The notes under the pieces: generated by a model
Told to the model about the DNA's origin: nothing
Database searches by the model: none
What the model saw: only the letters and a program-made list of their open reading frames with translations
Shown: positions 50,672 to 62,490 of the stretch, piece after piece
Position numbering within the stretch: position 1 is the stretch's first letter
How the letters are laid out: each line of letters opens with the position of its first letter
Made by a program: the position numbers and the translations under genes
Assembly (NCBI GenBank): GCA_008632985.1
Contig: QPGO01000052.1
Coordinates: 310,001 to 374,000, forward strand
Reading direction: 5' to 3'
Length of the DNA stretch: 64,000 bases
From: Psammoneis japonica
Taxonomy: Eukaryota

Positions 50672-51905
50672 ATGACTGACTTTGACGAAGCTTCTGTGGT
50701 CGTTGGAGCCCAGGTGATGCCTCCTGCGACAAAGCGCACCATCAGCTTTACGTTTCCAGATTTTGCCAATCTCCCACAGAAACGCGGAGAGTCTGTAATT
50801 TGTCCATCGCTTCCTTGCTTCGGAGCATCGTGGATTTTGCTTCTCTGCCACCGCGATTACTGATGAGAACACAGTCTTCATGTCATTGGATTTGTGCCGC
50901 GCCGCCGACATGGGGGGTGAGTCATTCAAGGCGAAACTCGCATTTAGGACCGGAGGAAGATGGAGTCCTATTTCCGCCCCGATCACGTGGCAGCCAACGG
51001 GAAATATAATGCATGGAATGTCGAATTTTGCAAAGCGAGAAAACGTCTTGGACCCAGCAAATGGATTCCTCGTGAACGGAGCTCTTATTGTCATGGTCGA
51101 TTTTGGAGGTTGTTCCAAATTCGACAACTAGGCGTCCCTCCAACACGCTCCAAAAGGACATTGCGGGCCTCTACACATCTTTGGAATACTCTGATGTTTC
51201 CTTCTCCGTTGGCGGTGAACTGTTTCCAGCGCACAAGACATTGTAGTGAAGAGAGCTCCAGGATTTGCCGATATGTTCGAGTGCGAATCTAACAAGGACA
51301 AGAAGGACGAGGCAATTGTGCTTGGCGAAACGATAGAGTCTTCGTTTTTTAAGCACTTCCTTCACTTTGTGTATCTGGACGAGATATCAAAGACCTTTGA
51401 TTGGTCTAAAGATGCCAATGCGCTACTCGAGCTTGCCGACAAGTTTGAGTGCACCCATCTCAAGCTCCAGTTGAAGCGACCATCGTGGAGTACGCCATCA
51501 CCAACCGCAACTTTGGCAAGTGGCTGGTCTATGCGGATACCGGTAGGAAGAATTGCGCTCAACTCAAGGAAGCTGTTATCAATCACTTTGTGGCTAGCCG
51601 TGAAGAGTTGTTGAACTTGGATGAACACGGTGGCGTGGGTGCCATTGAATCGACTGATTTGCTCATGGAATTGATGAGGGCTGCCTACTCCACTCGTAAT
51701 CAATTAAACCAAGAGAATGTGGAAAACATGAGTGTTTGTACGATGCGCAGAAAGCTCAGTGAAGTAGGAGGCGATGTTGACGGGCAAGGGACACCCTTGC
51801 AAAGCGTCTCTCAAGACGTTTGCCAATAGTGCGGAGGACGCGAGCAGGGGATCAAACCATGGATCGGGCGACGAACAGTTGGGCAATGATGAAGATGAGT
51901 AAGTA
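50672..51905 (+). pseudogene. MATH-BTB/POZ protein pseudogene
   Basis: FTFPDFANL, FAKRENVLDPANGFLVNGAL, SDVSFSVGGELFPAHK, FKHFLHFVY, LLELADKFECTHLK, LKEA, MSVCTMRRKL..G.DVDG. Several stops and frameshifts. Confidence 0.8.
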
Positions 51906-53365
51906 GGAAGTCTCTAGTTCTAATCTCTTCTGTCCTCCAGGGAGTGGGGAGGTTTTTGGATGTGATGGAGACGTAGGTTGCAGATATTGGAAGTACGGTA
52001 GTAGAAGTACAATAATGAGAATTAGAAGTACGATGATAATGAACAATTATCTATGTGCTCTGATCGGAAATACTTGTGGATAAAGCAGATGATGAATCAA
52101 AGCCAAAAAAATATTCAAATCCAGCTATTCTTGCCGAGAGTTGTCAACACTAAACAGCGAGGTATTATGATACAATGACAAAAATCATTACTTTATACAG
52201 TATCAACCACGAAAAGGCATTGGCTCCAGCGATTGAATCCGTATGTAGTCATTCATTACTCCAACAAAATTGTCATAGGGCGTTCCAGTTCAGCTCGGAA
52301 CAGCAGTGTTAGTTCCTCTTTTACCACTTGTCCTTTCCCTACGATGCTTTACACATTATTCTTTACGCTTTCGTCGTAATGCATGCACAGGATGTAGACG
52401 ATAAGGAATCCACTACTGGGGATCTGGCACTCGTAGCTGGGTTGGACACCTCTGACGAAGAAGCGGAAGCTAGTAATACCAATATGAGTATGCCGGAAGC
52501 TTGTTCTGGAGGCTTTGTTGATTGTCGATTCCCTTTGAATATGAAGGTATTATAGAGAAGTCGTGAAAGCAGCGAAAGCGACCGGTGGTGAATGGCGGTG
52601 ATGTGGGAGACGAAATCGACAAAGAGAGAAAGGAAAGGAGGAAAAGGACAAGGCGAGGCAAGAGGTAAAGCGTAACGAATACATTTAAGTGATACAGCAT
52701 CGACGATCCAAATTTTCTGTTGAATGTTTGTCTACACGAAGTCGCGGTGTTTAAGCCTTTCTAACAGGTGTTGAAAGATACAGAGAAGTCGTGTTACAAA
52801 CTGAACCTTCCCTCTTTCTGCATGAACTTGGGGTAGGGCGTACTTGACGCCCTGGTGTAGCAACAACACTTCATGTTCCCTTCGTTCTATCTCTTCTTCT
52901 TCTCGCATGTCCACCATCTCCTTTTCCATCACCGCAGCATTAAGAATTTGCCGCTCCCTTCATTTCAGAGTGCTCTCAAATGGTTCCTTAACCAAGAAGA
53001 GCATCGGTCCTAGTTCGGGAAGCCGCTCGCCTTTAACTGCCGTGACACGTTATTACTGTTGATAGTACCTACGTTCACGCAACAAAAGACAAAATCATGA
53101 GACTTTTCCTCTCGAAATCAAATGGCTTGACTTAGATCACACAATTACCTCTGACACACTCTTCCTAGAGTCACTACTCTCCCGTAGCACGCATGAAGTG
53201 GTGTCAAGCACGTTCACTTGTTTGCGCTCTCAAACGTGGCAACTACTGTGCGTCGGCCTTTTCCTGTGGCTAATAGATCGTTATGGTCCTGCAATATTTG
53301 AATTGTCTTTGTCACCGCATCGTCCATATTTCTAGCTTTGGCCCATAGATGCTGCCCCCCTCAAC

Positions 53366-56300
53366 TCAACCTCCCGTCGTATGCCAGCCGAGTTGAAAAT
53401 CGCTCGCTGAAGAGACCAAAATGGTAAGGCCTTCCGTACTTATGCTGCACTCGTGAAACGTAAAACTCGCGGCTTCACCACCAACATAACGACAGACCAA
53501 CTCGACATCGTTCATCGTGCGATCTTCCTGAAGAAGCAATACCATGAAACCTCCGCCACCTGCGCCACATAGCGACCCAGCAACAATGAGGTCTCGATCC
53601 AATAGCTCGGTTCGTACAGATCGAACCACAGAAGGCTCGCTACTCTGGCCAGCCATGACCTTTTTCTGCATCCAGTACAAGTTCAGGCAATCAGCAAGGC
53701 CATCCACGTGGCCAGTTGTCAAGCTGTCACGTGCTCGACATGCCGTTGTCACTAGTTCGTCAACAGTCTGTACAATTTCTTTACTCCGTCGAGCCCATCT
53801 TCGCAACACGTTTTGCAGAATGTCCTTAGCGAGACGCGTCTGACCAGTAAAGATCAAAACCAACCTGCGATTTATTTCTTCTTCCACAGTCGGAGAGAGC
53901 GGAATTGGTTCGACGGTGGTCTTCAACGGCAAACCGCGAACAGACTGTCCAAGCTTTGCACCACTATATAAGCCGCTCACTTGGTCCTGCCACCCTCCAC
54001 CTGTAGAGAGCATCTGCTCCAACATCGACACATGATGCACAAGCTCGTTTTCGTGAATTTCAAATCCAACGCATTTGGCTATGGAGGAAAGGATACAGCC
54101 GCCAAGTATAGAACTTGTTCCCATCCCTGATCCATGCGGAAGCAAGGAAGTTGAAATGATTTCGATACCAACGTTGTCATCGCGTCCACAGCCGCAAAAG
54201 TCATTGAGGTGATGCGAAATGTCACCTGTTTCGTCGGCGGATACAGCTTCTGCAGGTACCAAACCAAGGTAGATCAAAGCGCACTTCAGCAATGAGCAAC
54301 TAGCTCTTGGATCATCGTATCCGTTCAAATCGAAAAGATTGTGAATGGCAACTGTCCTTTCTTCCAGAAGGTTACCCGACTTCCAATCTCTAGCTTCCGC
54401 TCGTACGACAACACCACTGCTTCCAGTCACAATTCGGGAGCGACATGACAGTGGTTTTAAGCCATCGACATTGACAGCAATACCGCACACTGCTCCTCCG
54501 TGCTCCACACAAATAGGCGGGGTGTCACTCCACCCGCCCGACAAGTCTATTCTTGCTGGGGCAGTCGCAATCGTCCACGTGTCACGAGGAGCCGGAGCCG
54601 TACGCCGAGAATAAGTAGGGTAGAACGACGCGGGGCTAGACACACATAACTTGGTCATGGTCGATGCTTGCCTTTCAAAAAGTTCTACGAGAGCTACCAA
54701 AGCATAGCTCCGACCAGTGACGTTTCGTGAAAGGGAGCCAAGTACCCGGAACGCTTCACTGGCGAGGTAGTCGCTGCTGGATGGGTTCCTGGCCTTTAAA
54801 TCTTGTATTTCAGCGAGGTCATGTGAAACCTCGGTGGGTGTTGAAGAGTTTGATTCTGTAGCAACGCCAAGATGATGCAGAAATTCACTCAGTATCATGA
54901 AAGCCCGGCCTGCAATATCGTAACTCTTATTTGCAATCGAACTGTTGATGACTGCCTCAAACGATGCAGCGACTTGCTGTACACCTTCCCATGACTTATT
55001 GGCAACATAGGAAGCAACAAATGAATCAAGTTTACATTCTGCGTTCAGTCGCGTGGTAAGAACGTTTTGAAGCCGCTTCAGATAACGTGATGTATATTCA
55101 GGTACGACACGTGCCTCCAGATCCTTGCGGTACTGAAACTCCCGAGCAGCATCTGAAGATTGTCGAATCTCTGACAGCGACAGTCGCGGTAGAGATTTCC
55201 AGTACATTAAACTAGAACGCTGAGTCTTTAGAGATTCGCCACGCTTCAGAGCGGCAACAAAAGAAAACAGCTTGTCATGTTGACAAGCGCCGGGCTCGTC
55301 GACAACGGGATGGATTCGAGCATTCCACAGGTTCCAAAGCGTACGATCGGTATCGACTCCAAAAATGTCTTGAGGGTCCAATATACCGTCACAAAACAAC
55401 TTGTCGAACGAAACTCCCCAGCAAGTATTTGCGCTCTTGACACTGTCTTCCAAGCCAAGGTACATGTATATGATCGCCTGGCTATCCTTGAAAGGCAGCA
55501 TCTGAAAGACGATGTCATCGGGTACCCGCAAGGATTCACATGTACCGCGTATGCCACTAAGCAGGCACCGAGCTCCAATGTTAGGCTCCACGACAGATAC
55601 ATGAATATGTTCGAGTACAGTCCCTTTACCGATAGATGGAGCTTCATCCGTATCAAGCACGACATTTGTCAACACACAGCCATCTTGTGTGCCGTTTGCA
55701 AAGGCATTGGCCCGTTTTACTACTCCAATCTGCAGTGACAATTCATCTTGACCACAAAGAAACTCTATCAATTCTTTGCTGGTCCCAAGATGTCGAAAAC
55801 AGCCTTTCTCTAGAGCCAATGCAGAGAGTTTGATGGGAGAAAATGCGGTAAAGATCTTCTGCATGATAGAACTCGGGAGTCCATCGCCACAATTAGCTTG
55901 ATACGCCGAAAAAGAATCAATAGAAAATGTGAGCATAATGTGCGTGTATAAATCAATCTGAAGCGCGTTGTGTTGAGAGAAAGCTTCAAGAGACTCGGAC
56001 GAGGAGGACTTTCTATGTAATCGTCGCAAACCTTCGCATGTGCAATGATCAATGGTTTGAGCAAGTTTGCGGAGAACGGTCGCAGCTCCCGGTAGAAAAG
56101 CTACCACGCCCGTATCAACCCAAGCTCGGTCGCTGTTTTCGATGACGCAGTGCGGTGTTTTCTTCATGAGATCAACCGAGGGCTTCTGCAAGAATTGAAC
56201 TACGCGTGTCTCATTTATGCAGAAAACACCATGATTGCAAGCTGTCGAAAGTGGTGCCGGCACAGCCAGTCCCATGACAGATTCATCTGAATTGTAGTCT

Positions 56301-56728
56301 ACTTCTTCAACGGGCAAATGAAGCAAGCAGTCCGAGGCAGCAACGACAATACTGGATCGAGGTAGCTGCCTGAATACAGAGGACAATTGAGAGACCAATA
56401 ACTGGGTTGGATTGGCTATCGTTCCGTCTCGCAGTGGAAGACTAGTCCAAGCTTTGCCGGTAGCCATTTGTGTAGGGCACCGAGACGATTCACCTCCGGC
56501 GTGTACAATCAACACAGTCTTTTCGTGGACATTGTCGATGACTTCAAGAGCGGCCAAAGTACCGCCGCCGCTGCCACAGCGAGCTCCAAATGGATCGCTC
56601 GTGGAATAGAGAGAGACAGTCTCTGGGACAACAGCTTTGAGAGAACAGAGAGGAGCTGCGTCTGGGTCGGGACTCGTAACGACAATGGCGTCAAACGGAC
56701 AAGAGGACGCCATGGTCGATCTCATCAC
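53366..56728 (-). CDS. FKGP: Bifunctional L-fucokinase / fucose-1-phosphate guanylyltransferase-like protein, intronless
   Basis: DPFGARCGSGGGTLAAL, VHAGGESSRCP...GKAW, HGVF, HLGTSKE; GHMP kinase motifs APARIDLSGGWSDTPP, LPHGSGMGTSSIL, TGGGWQDQ, GAGGGGF. Confidence 0.92.
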   Translation of the reverse strand: MMRSTMASSCPFDAIVVTSPDPDAAPLCSLKAVVPETVSLYSTSDPFGARCGSGGGTLAALEVIDNVHEKTVLIVHAGGESSRCPTQMATGKAWTSLPLRDGTIANPTQLLVSQLSSVFRQLPRSSIVVAASDCLLHLPVEEVDYNSDESVMGLAVPAPLSTACNHGVFCINETRVVQFLQKPSVDLMKKTPHCVIENSDRAWVDTGVVAFLPGAATVLRKLAQTIDHCTCEGLRRLHRKSSSSESLEAFSQHNALQIDLYTHIMLTFSIDSFSAYQANCGDGLPSSIMQKIFTAFSPIKLSALALEKGCFRHLGTSKELIEFLCGQDELSLQIGVVKRANAFANGTQDGCVLTNVVLDTDEAPSIGKGTVLEHIHVSVVEPNIGARCLLSGIRGTCESLRVPDDIVFQMLPFKDSQAIIYMYLGLEDSVKSANTCWGVSFDKLFCDGILDPQDIFGVDTDRTLWNLWNARIHPVVDEPGACQHDKLFSFVAALKRGESLKTQRSSLMYWKSLPRLSLSEIRQSSDAAREFQYRKDLEARVVPEYTSRYLKRLQNVLTTRLNAECKLDSFVASYVANKSWEGVQQVAASFEAVINSSIANKSYDIAGRAFMILSEFLHHLGVATESNSSTPTEVSHDLAEIQDLKARNPSSSDYLASEAFRVLGSLSRNVTGRSYALVALVELFERQASTMTKLCVSSPASFYPTYSRRTAPAPRDTWTIATAPARIDLSGGWSDTPPICVEHGGAVCGIAVNVDGLKPLSCRSRIVTGSSGVVVRAEARDWKSGNLLEERTVAIHNLFDLNGYDDPRASCSLLKCALIYLGLVPAEAVSADETGDISHHLNDFCGCGRDDNVGIEIISTSLLPHGSGMGTSSILGGCILSSIAKCVGFEIHENELVHHVSMLEQMLSTGGGWQDQVSGLYSGAKLGQSVRGLPLKTTVEPIPLSPTVEEEINRRLVLIFTGQTRLAKDILQNVLRRWARRSKEIVQTVDELVTTACRARDSLTTGHVDGLADCLNLYWMQKKVMAGQSSEPSVVRSVRTELLDRDLIVAGSLCGAGGGGFMVLLLQEDRTMNDVELVCRYVGGEAASFTFHECSISTEGLTILVSSASDFQLGWHTTGG

Positions 56729-57090
56729 TGCCCGTTGAAGTGTTGAGGAGCGATCATATCAGATATGGCTTTATGTGCTTCCCGCGCTTTCACCTTCGCG
56801 CGCGCGGGCGCGCAGACGTGAATCTTGCGAACCTATCCGGGAGTCAGACGGAAACCGGTACTGACATTCCTACAGAAGAACTTAGTAGAATTTTACGTCA
56901 GAATCAACAAGCAGACACACCGACAAGCAATGCGCGATTCATTTCATTCCCGCCCTCTTGTTTTTCAGCGATCTCTCGCGAATGAATCCATCTGCATCAT
57001 CGCGAAGATCGCGAAGATGCCAGCGATGCTGTGCCACAACACGAAGTGAAGCAAGAACAAAGCAAGCAGCAAAGCAATCAAACATCGACC

Positions 57091-59269
57091 ATGAAAGTAG
57101 AATTGTCCATACACGCAACCAAGCTGAAGAACGTCGCGGGTGCGTTCAAAGGAACGTCTGATCCGTTCGCGGTCGTCACTCACGTTGCATCGACGAGTGG
57201 CACGAAACCTACGGTGATTGGAAAGACAGAAGTGTAAGTGGGACTTGATTGCCCGGTACCGCAACCTTCGTTTTCTTTCAAACTTACACGGCTGTTGTTG
57301 GATTTTTTTTTTGTGGCGGCTCAAACTACAGAATCAAAAACAGTTTAAGTCCTCATTGGGCTAAGGTTTTCGTGCTGGACTATGAGATGGGAACTCCGAT
57401 GAGGATCATTGTCAGTATCTTTGACGAAGTCCGCAAAGGAGAGAATAAGAGCATGGGGAGCGCTCTATTTGACATTGGCGAGCTTCTGGGTGCGAGAGGA
57501 AATACAAAGGCCAAGAAGATCAAGAACAGTGGAACGTAAGTAGTACAGAACGATTTTGTATGCCGTTCGAATTTAGTCTATCTAACCATTTATGTTTTTT
57601 TATCTGCCTCTGCTTCGTAAACAAAAAGCATCTTTGCGCACGTGCGAAAGAGTACGGGATCAGGAACCTTGCGATTGAGGATGAAGGGGACGAATCTTAA
57701 AAACACTGAAGGCTTTCTGAAGAAGAGTGACCCATTTTATGAATTGTCGCGAAGGGTCGATAGTGCAGGTGGTCTCACTTGGTATGTTTCTGATTTTCAA
57801 ATGATTCGACAGCACAATCGATGATCTTCAGTTGTGCTCAGTCTTTTGTTTTATTTTTGCTATTGAAAGGGATAACGTGTTTCGCTCTGATCAGGTCAGA
57901 GATAATCTTAATCCAGTGTGGCCAGAAAGCGTCTTGGATCTTAGCTTGTTGTGCGGCGGGGACATGGACATGCCTATCAAGGTGGACGTTTATGATTACG
58001 AAAGCAGCGGAAAGCACGTTTTGATGGGAACGTTTGAAACATCAGTGAATGGCTTACAGACGGCTGCTTCAAGCAACGCAACTCTTTCTCTTACAAAGAA
58101 GGGCAAAGGTACCGGCAAAATCACAGTGATGAAGGCCGACGTTGCTGGTGTGGAAGACCTCACAAAGAAGATGCAAGCGGCTAGCGTGTCGCCGACTCCC
58201 GCTGCGCCGACGAGTACGTTTGTTCCGACTGCAACAACGAAGGACGCAGGATTTGTAGACTACGTTGCCGGTGGATGTGAGCTTCAAGTTTCGGTTGCGA
58301 TTGACTTTACTGGTTCGAATGGTAAGTAACAGCATGCGATCCAGAGTATGAATTGAAAGTAGTAATGTGGCATATCTCAGTTGTTTGATTTCCCCCCTCT
58401 AGGTGACCCACGAAAGCCTGGAACACTTCATTACCTCCATCGGGACGGATCCAAGAATGATTACGAGAAAGCGATCTCGGCCATTGTCGGAATTCTCCAA
58501 AAGTACGATACCGATCAACAGTTCCCAGTGTGGGGATTTGGAGCCAAGTATGGTGGGCAAGTGCGCCACGCATTCCAATGCGGGCCTTCAGAAGAAGTCC
58601 ATGGAGCAGAAGGTGTGATCAGTGCTTATCGCCAGGTTTTCAAGTCTGGTTTGATCATGAGCGGCCCCACCGTGTTTGTGGAAGTCATGGAAACTGCAGC
58701 AGCAAAGGCCATAAGCTCACAGGTGCGTTGCGCTTTCATGTATATATTTCATCGGTTTGTCGTTGGAGCATTCAGACTTACCCGTTTGTCCATTGCCTAT
58801 CCTATTGCAGGAAGAAGCAGCCAAAAAAGGACAGCAGGCGTACACAATTTTGCTCATCCTAACGGACGGAAGCGTGAGTGATGTGAACGCAACGGCTGCT
58901 ACTCTGAACAAAATCAGCGACGCCCCTTTATCTGTGGTCATTGTTGGAGTGGGTAATGCGGACTTTAGTGCAATGAAGTTCTTGGATGACGCAAGCGCCC
59001 CGGGAAAGCGCGATATTGCTCAGTTCGTTGAATTCAACAAGCATTGCAGCAGCAGTGTTGCGTTGACTTCGGAGACCTTGCGCGAAATTCCGGATCAAGT
59101 CGTTAGTTACTTTACCGGCAAGGGAATCGCACCACTTCCACCAATTCAACGAGGCGATGATGAAATAGTGGTGGAGTCCGAGGACGAAGAGATCGATTTG
59201 TCCCTAGACTTCAACGAGGACGAAGAGATTGTCGTGACTGGTGGTGGGGATCGCTATGTGGAGTTTTGA
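57091..59269 (+). CDS. Copine (C2-C2-vWA), tandem copy A, 5 introns
   Basis: GTSDPFAVV, KKSDPFYEL, VAIDFTGSNGDPRKPGTLHY, WGFGAK, SGPTVF, ILTDG, PLSVVIVGVG.ADF, RDIAQFV, L.EIPDQ. Confidence 0.95.
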
Positions 59270-59940
59270 GAGACCACTTCATAGCTGGGTATGTTTGTTG
59301 TCGATTGGTGTTGTGCGTGTTTTTGTCCTCTCAGGTAGTGTAATGGTGTAAACACTTTTTGTGTGTATTTTCTTTACGATCATGACGCTTGCAAGTTGCC
59401 ATGACAATATGCTTCCGCGAATTCCTTTTGCGAGGCCACTTCTGCACGCACGTCCAATGCCAAAGTCACGGCCACATTTGTTGTCTCTACCAAAGATTGT
59501 TTTTTAATTCATAGCCTTGGTAGACCTCCTAGCTAGAGAGAGCGAAGCTACAAACAGAAGCATACTTGGACCCTCTTTCGATCTCCAAAGCCATCCTAAT
59601 AGGGCCCTACATCACTAAGACCAGAATTAGATTAACGTTTTAGTAGCGAGAGACTCTCTACTTTAATATAGAGGGCCTATCTCTGGAGTAGCTACTCTCT
59701 AAGCTAGCTCTACTCTAGCTAGTCTAGAGTAGAGGGTCCCACCGGCAGGCAGTTGCAGGTTGCGGCTACTACGGTACTCATAAATCCTAAAATAGGGTTC
59801 GCAAAACCGTTTGATCGCGCACGCAATCAGAATTCGCACATCCAAATCAATCGCCAATCGCCAAAGGCGAAGACGCGACAGAGATTGGCATCTATGGTAT
59901 CAACTTCAAACTTCATCAATCTCTATAAGCATAATTGACA

Positions 59941-62309
59941 ATGAAGATTGAGCTCTCGATCCACGCCACCAAGCTGAGGAATGTCGCTGGCGCGTTCAAA
60001 GGAACGTCTGATCCGTTTGCAGTCGTGACACATGTGGCGACGACGAGCGGCACAAAACCTTCTGTGATCGGAAAGACAGAAATGTACGCGACGGATTGAA
60101 CACCCCCAGCGACGATGTCTTCGATTTCTCTTCCTAACACTTGTTCTTGCTCACCTGCTCTGTTTAGAATCAAAAATACATTAAGCCCACATTGGACGAA
60201 AGTCTTCGTCGTGGACTATGAGATGGGAACCCCAATGAAGGTCGTCGTAAGTATCTTTGACGAAGTTCGAAAGGGCGAAAACAAGAGCATGGGATCTGCG
60301 ATCTTTGACATTGGTGAGCTGCTCGGCGCAAGAGGAAATACAAAGGCCAAGAAGATCAAAAAGGGTGGGACGTAAGTACCCTCTTCGTTGTTCGTAATCG
60401 GCTTCTAAGCAACCGGCGAGATGTGAGCACTTGTAGTGTTTCTAGAGCTGTTCATTCACACTCTTTATATTTTATGTTTCGTGCGTCGAAACAGTATTTT
60501 TGCTCACGTGCGCAAGAGCACGGGTTCGGGTATCTTGAGATTGAAGATGAAGGGAACAGATCTAAAGAACACGGAAGGCTTTCTCAAGAAGAGTGACCCC
60601 TTCGTCGAGTTGTCGAGAAGAGTGGATAGCGCAGGTGGATTGACATGGTGTGTATTCTTGTTTTTTATGATGAATTAGAGTGTGGGTATATCGCTGTGCT
60701 ATCCGTCCTCTTATTCTACTCGAATTCTCAAACAGGGACAACGTCTACCGATCCAATCCGGTGAAAAACAATTTGTCTCCTGAATGGGAAGACATTGTTG
60801 TAGAGCTTAGTATTCTGTGTGGCGGAGACCTTAATAGGCCGATCCAAGTATCTGTCTTTGACCATGAAAGCAGCGGAAAGCACGTTCTGATGGGGACTTT
60901 CGAGACCTCTGTACATGGGTTTAAGGAAGCTGCCGCAAATCGGACACAGATAGCGCTAAAGAAGAAGGGCAAAAAGACTGGCACAATCACAGTAGTGCGG
61001 GCCGACCTTTCTGGTGTCGAGGATATCACCACCAAAATGGAGAATACTTCCGTTTCACAACCCGCCTCTAGAGTAGCTGCTACGCCGGCTGCATTCGTCC
61101 CTTCCGTGGCGGCTCCTGCTGCCTACGTTCCCACTCCATCTGCTCCAACCTCCGTTGCTCCTACTCATTCTACTCCAGCCGGACAAGCAACTTTTGTGGA
61201 TTACATAAGTGGTGGCTGCCAGTTGCAGGTCTGTGTTGCCATTGACTTCACGGGGTCGAACGGTAAGATCTATCTACAGTTTTGCGTATATCTCGTCGAC
61301 TTTCGGTATTTAACTAACATCTATTCCAAACAACTACTGTACTGCCGAAATGGGAAATCTCGAAAACTGCAGGAGATCCAAGGAAACCCGGCACACTTCA
61401 CTATCTCCACAGAGACGGAAGAACGAACGATTACGAGAAAGCCATATCGTCAATTGTGCGGATTCTTGAGAAATATGACACAGGTAAGAAAGACAATATC
61501 GGTTGGTTGTAGAAAAGTAGAGTTCAGAATTGCTAACAAGCTGTGGTCTGTGTTGTCAAGATCAAAAGCTGCCAGTTTGGGGTTTCGGGGCAAAGTATGG
61601 GGGCATTGTCCGTCACCTGTTCCAGTGTGGACCGATACCAGAGGTACACGGTGTCGAGGGCGTCCTCACGGCATATCGTCAAGTCTTCAAGTCTGGCTTG
61701 ATCATGAGCGGCCCCACCGTGTTTACGGAGGTGATGAAAACAGCTGCTGCGCATGCTGAACGTGCTCAGGTAAGCTTGTCATGTTTGTCCTATCTATGCT
61801 TGATACTCAGAACTCAAGAAATGGTACTCGCAATCCTTTCTTCAACATAGGAGGAGGCAAAACGTAAGGGGGAACAAGCGTACACAATTTTGCTCATCTT
61901 GACGGACGGAAGCGTCAGCGACGTGAATTCGACTGCGGCCGTTCTCGACGAAATTAGTGATGCACCCCTGTCGGTTGTGATTGTCGGGGTTGGCAATGCA
62001 GACTTTAGTGCAATGCAGTTCCTCGACGATTGCAGCAATCCTGGAAAACGAGACATTGCTCAGTTTGTTGAATTCAACAAACACTCCAGCAACAGCGTTG
62101 CATTGACCTCTGAAACTCTGCACGAGATTCCGGATCAAGTTGTTGGTTACTTTTCTAGTAAGGGGATCCCGCCGCTTCCACCAATTCAACGAAGTGACGA
62201 TGAAATAATCGTGGAGTCCGAGGAGGAAGAGATCGATTTGTCCCTAGATTTCGGGGGTGGAGGAGTATTTGTGGCAGGGGGTGGCAATGATTTTCGGGAT
62301 GGTTTTTGA
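59941..62309 (+). CDS. Copine (C2-C2-vWA), tandem copy B, 6 introns
   Basis: Same motifs as copy A, a longer Pro/Ala/Thr linker and an extra intron at 61484-61560. Confidence 0.95.
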
Positions 62310-62490
62310 ATGAGTAAAGTTTGACGTCTCGTGGATGCGTGTGTTAAGTTGAGTAAAGAGATCTCTGAAAATTTTAATTAACTGGGTTTATTGTACGGTA
62401 GAGGTTCAATTTCGCGCAACATAAAGTTGTACGGTAGACCAGTTGAATTAATCGGTCTGCATTACTTCACCTTTCACGCGTCCCTCAAGC

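Noticed and set aside
52300..53200. Glu-rich minus-strand ORF fragments
   Set aside because: Too short and fragmented to assign.
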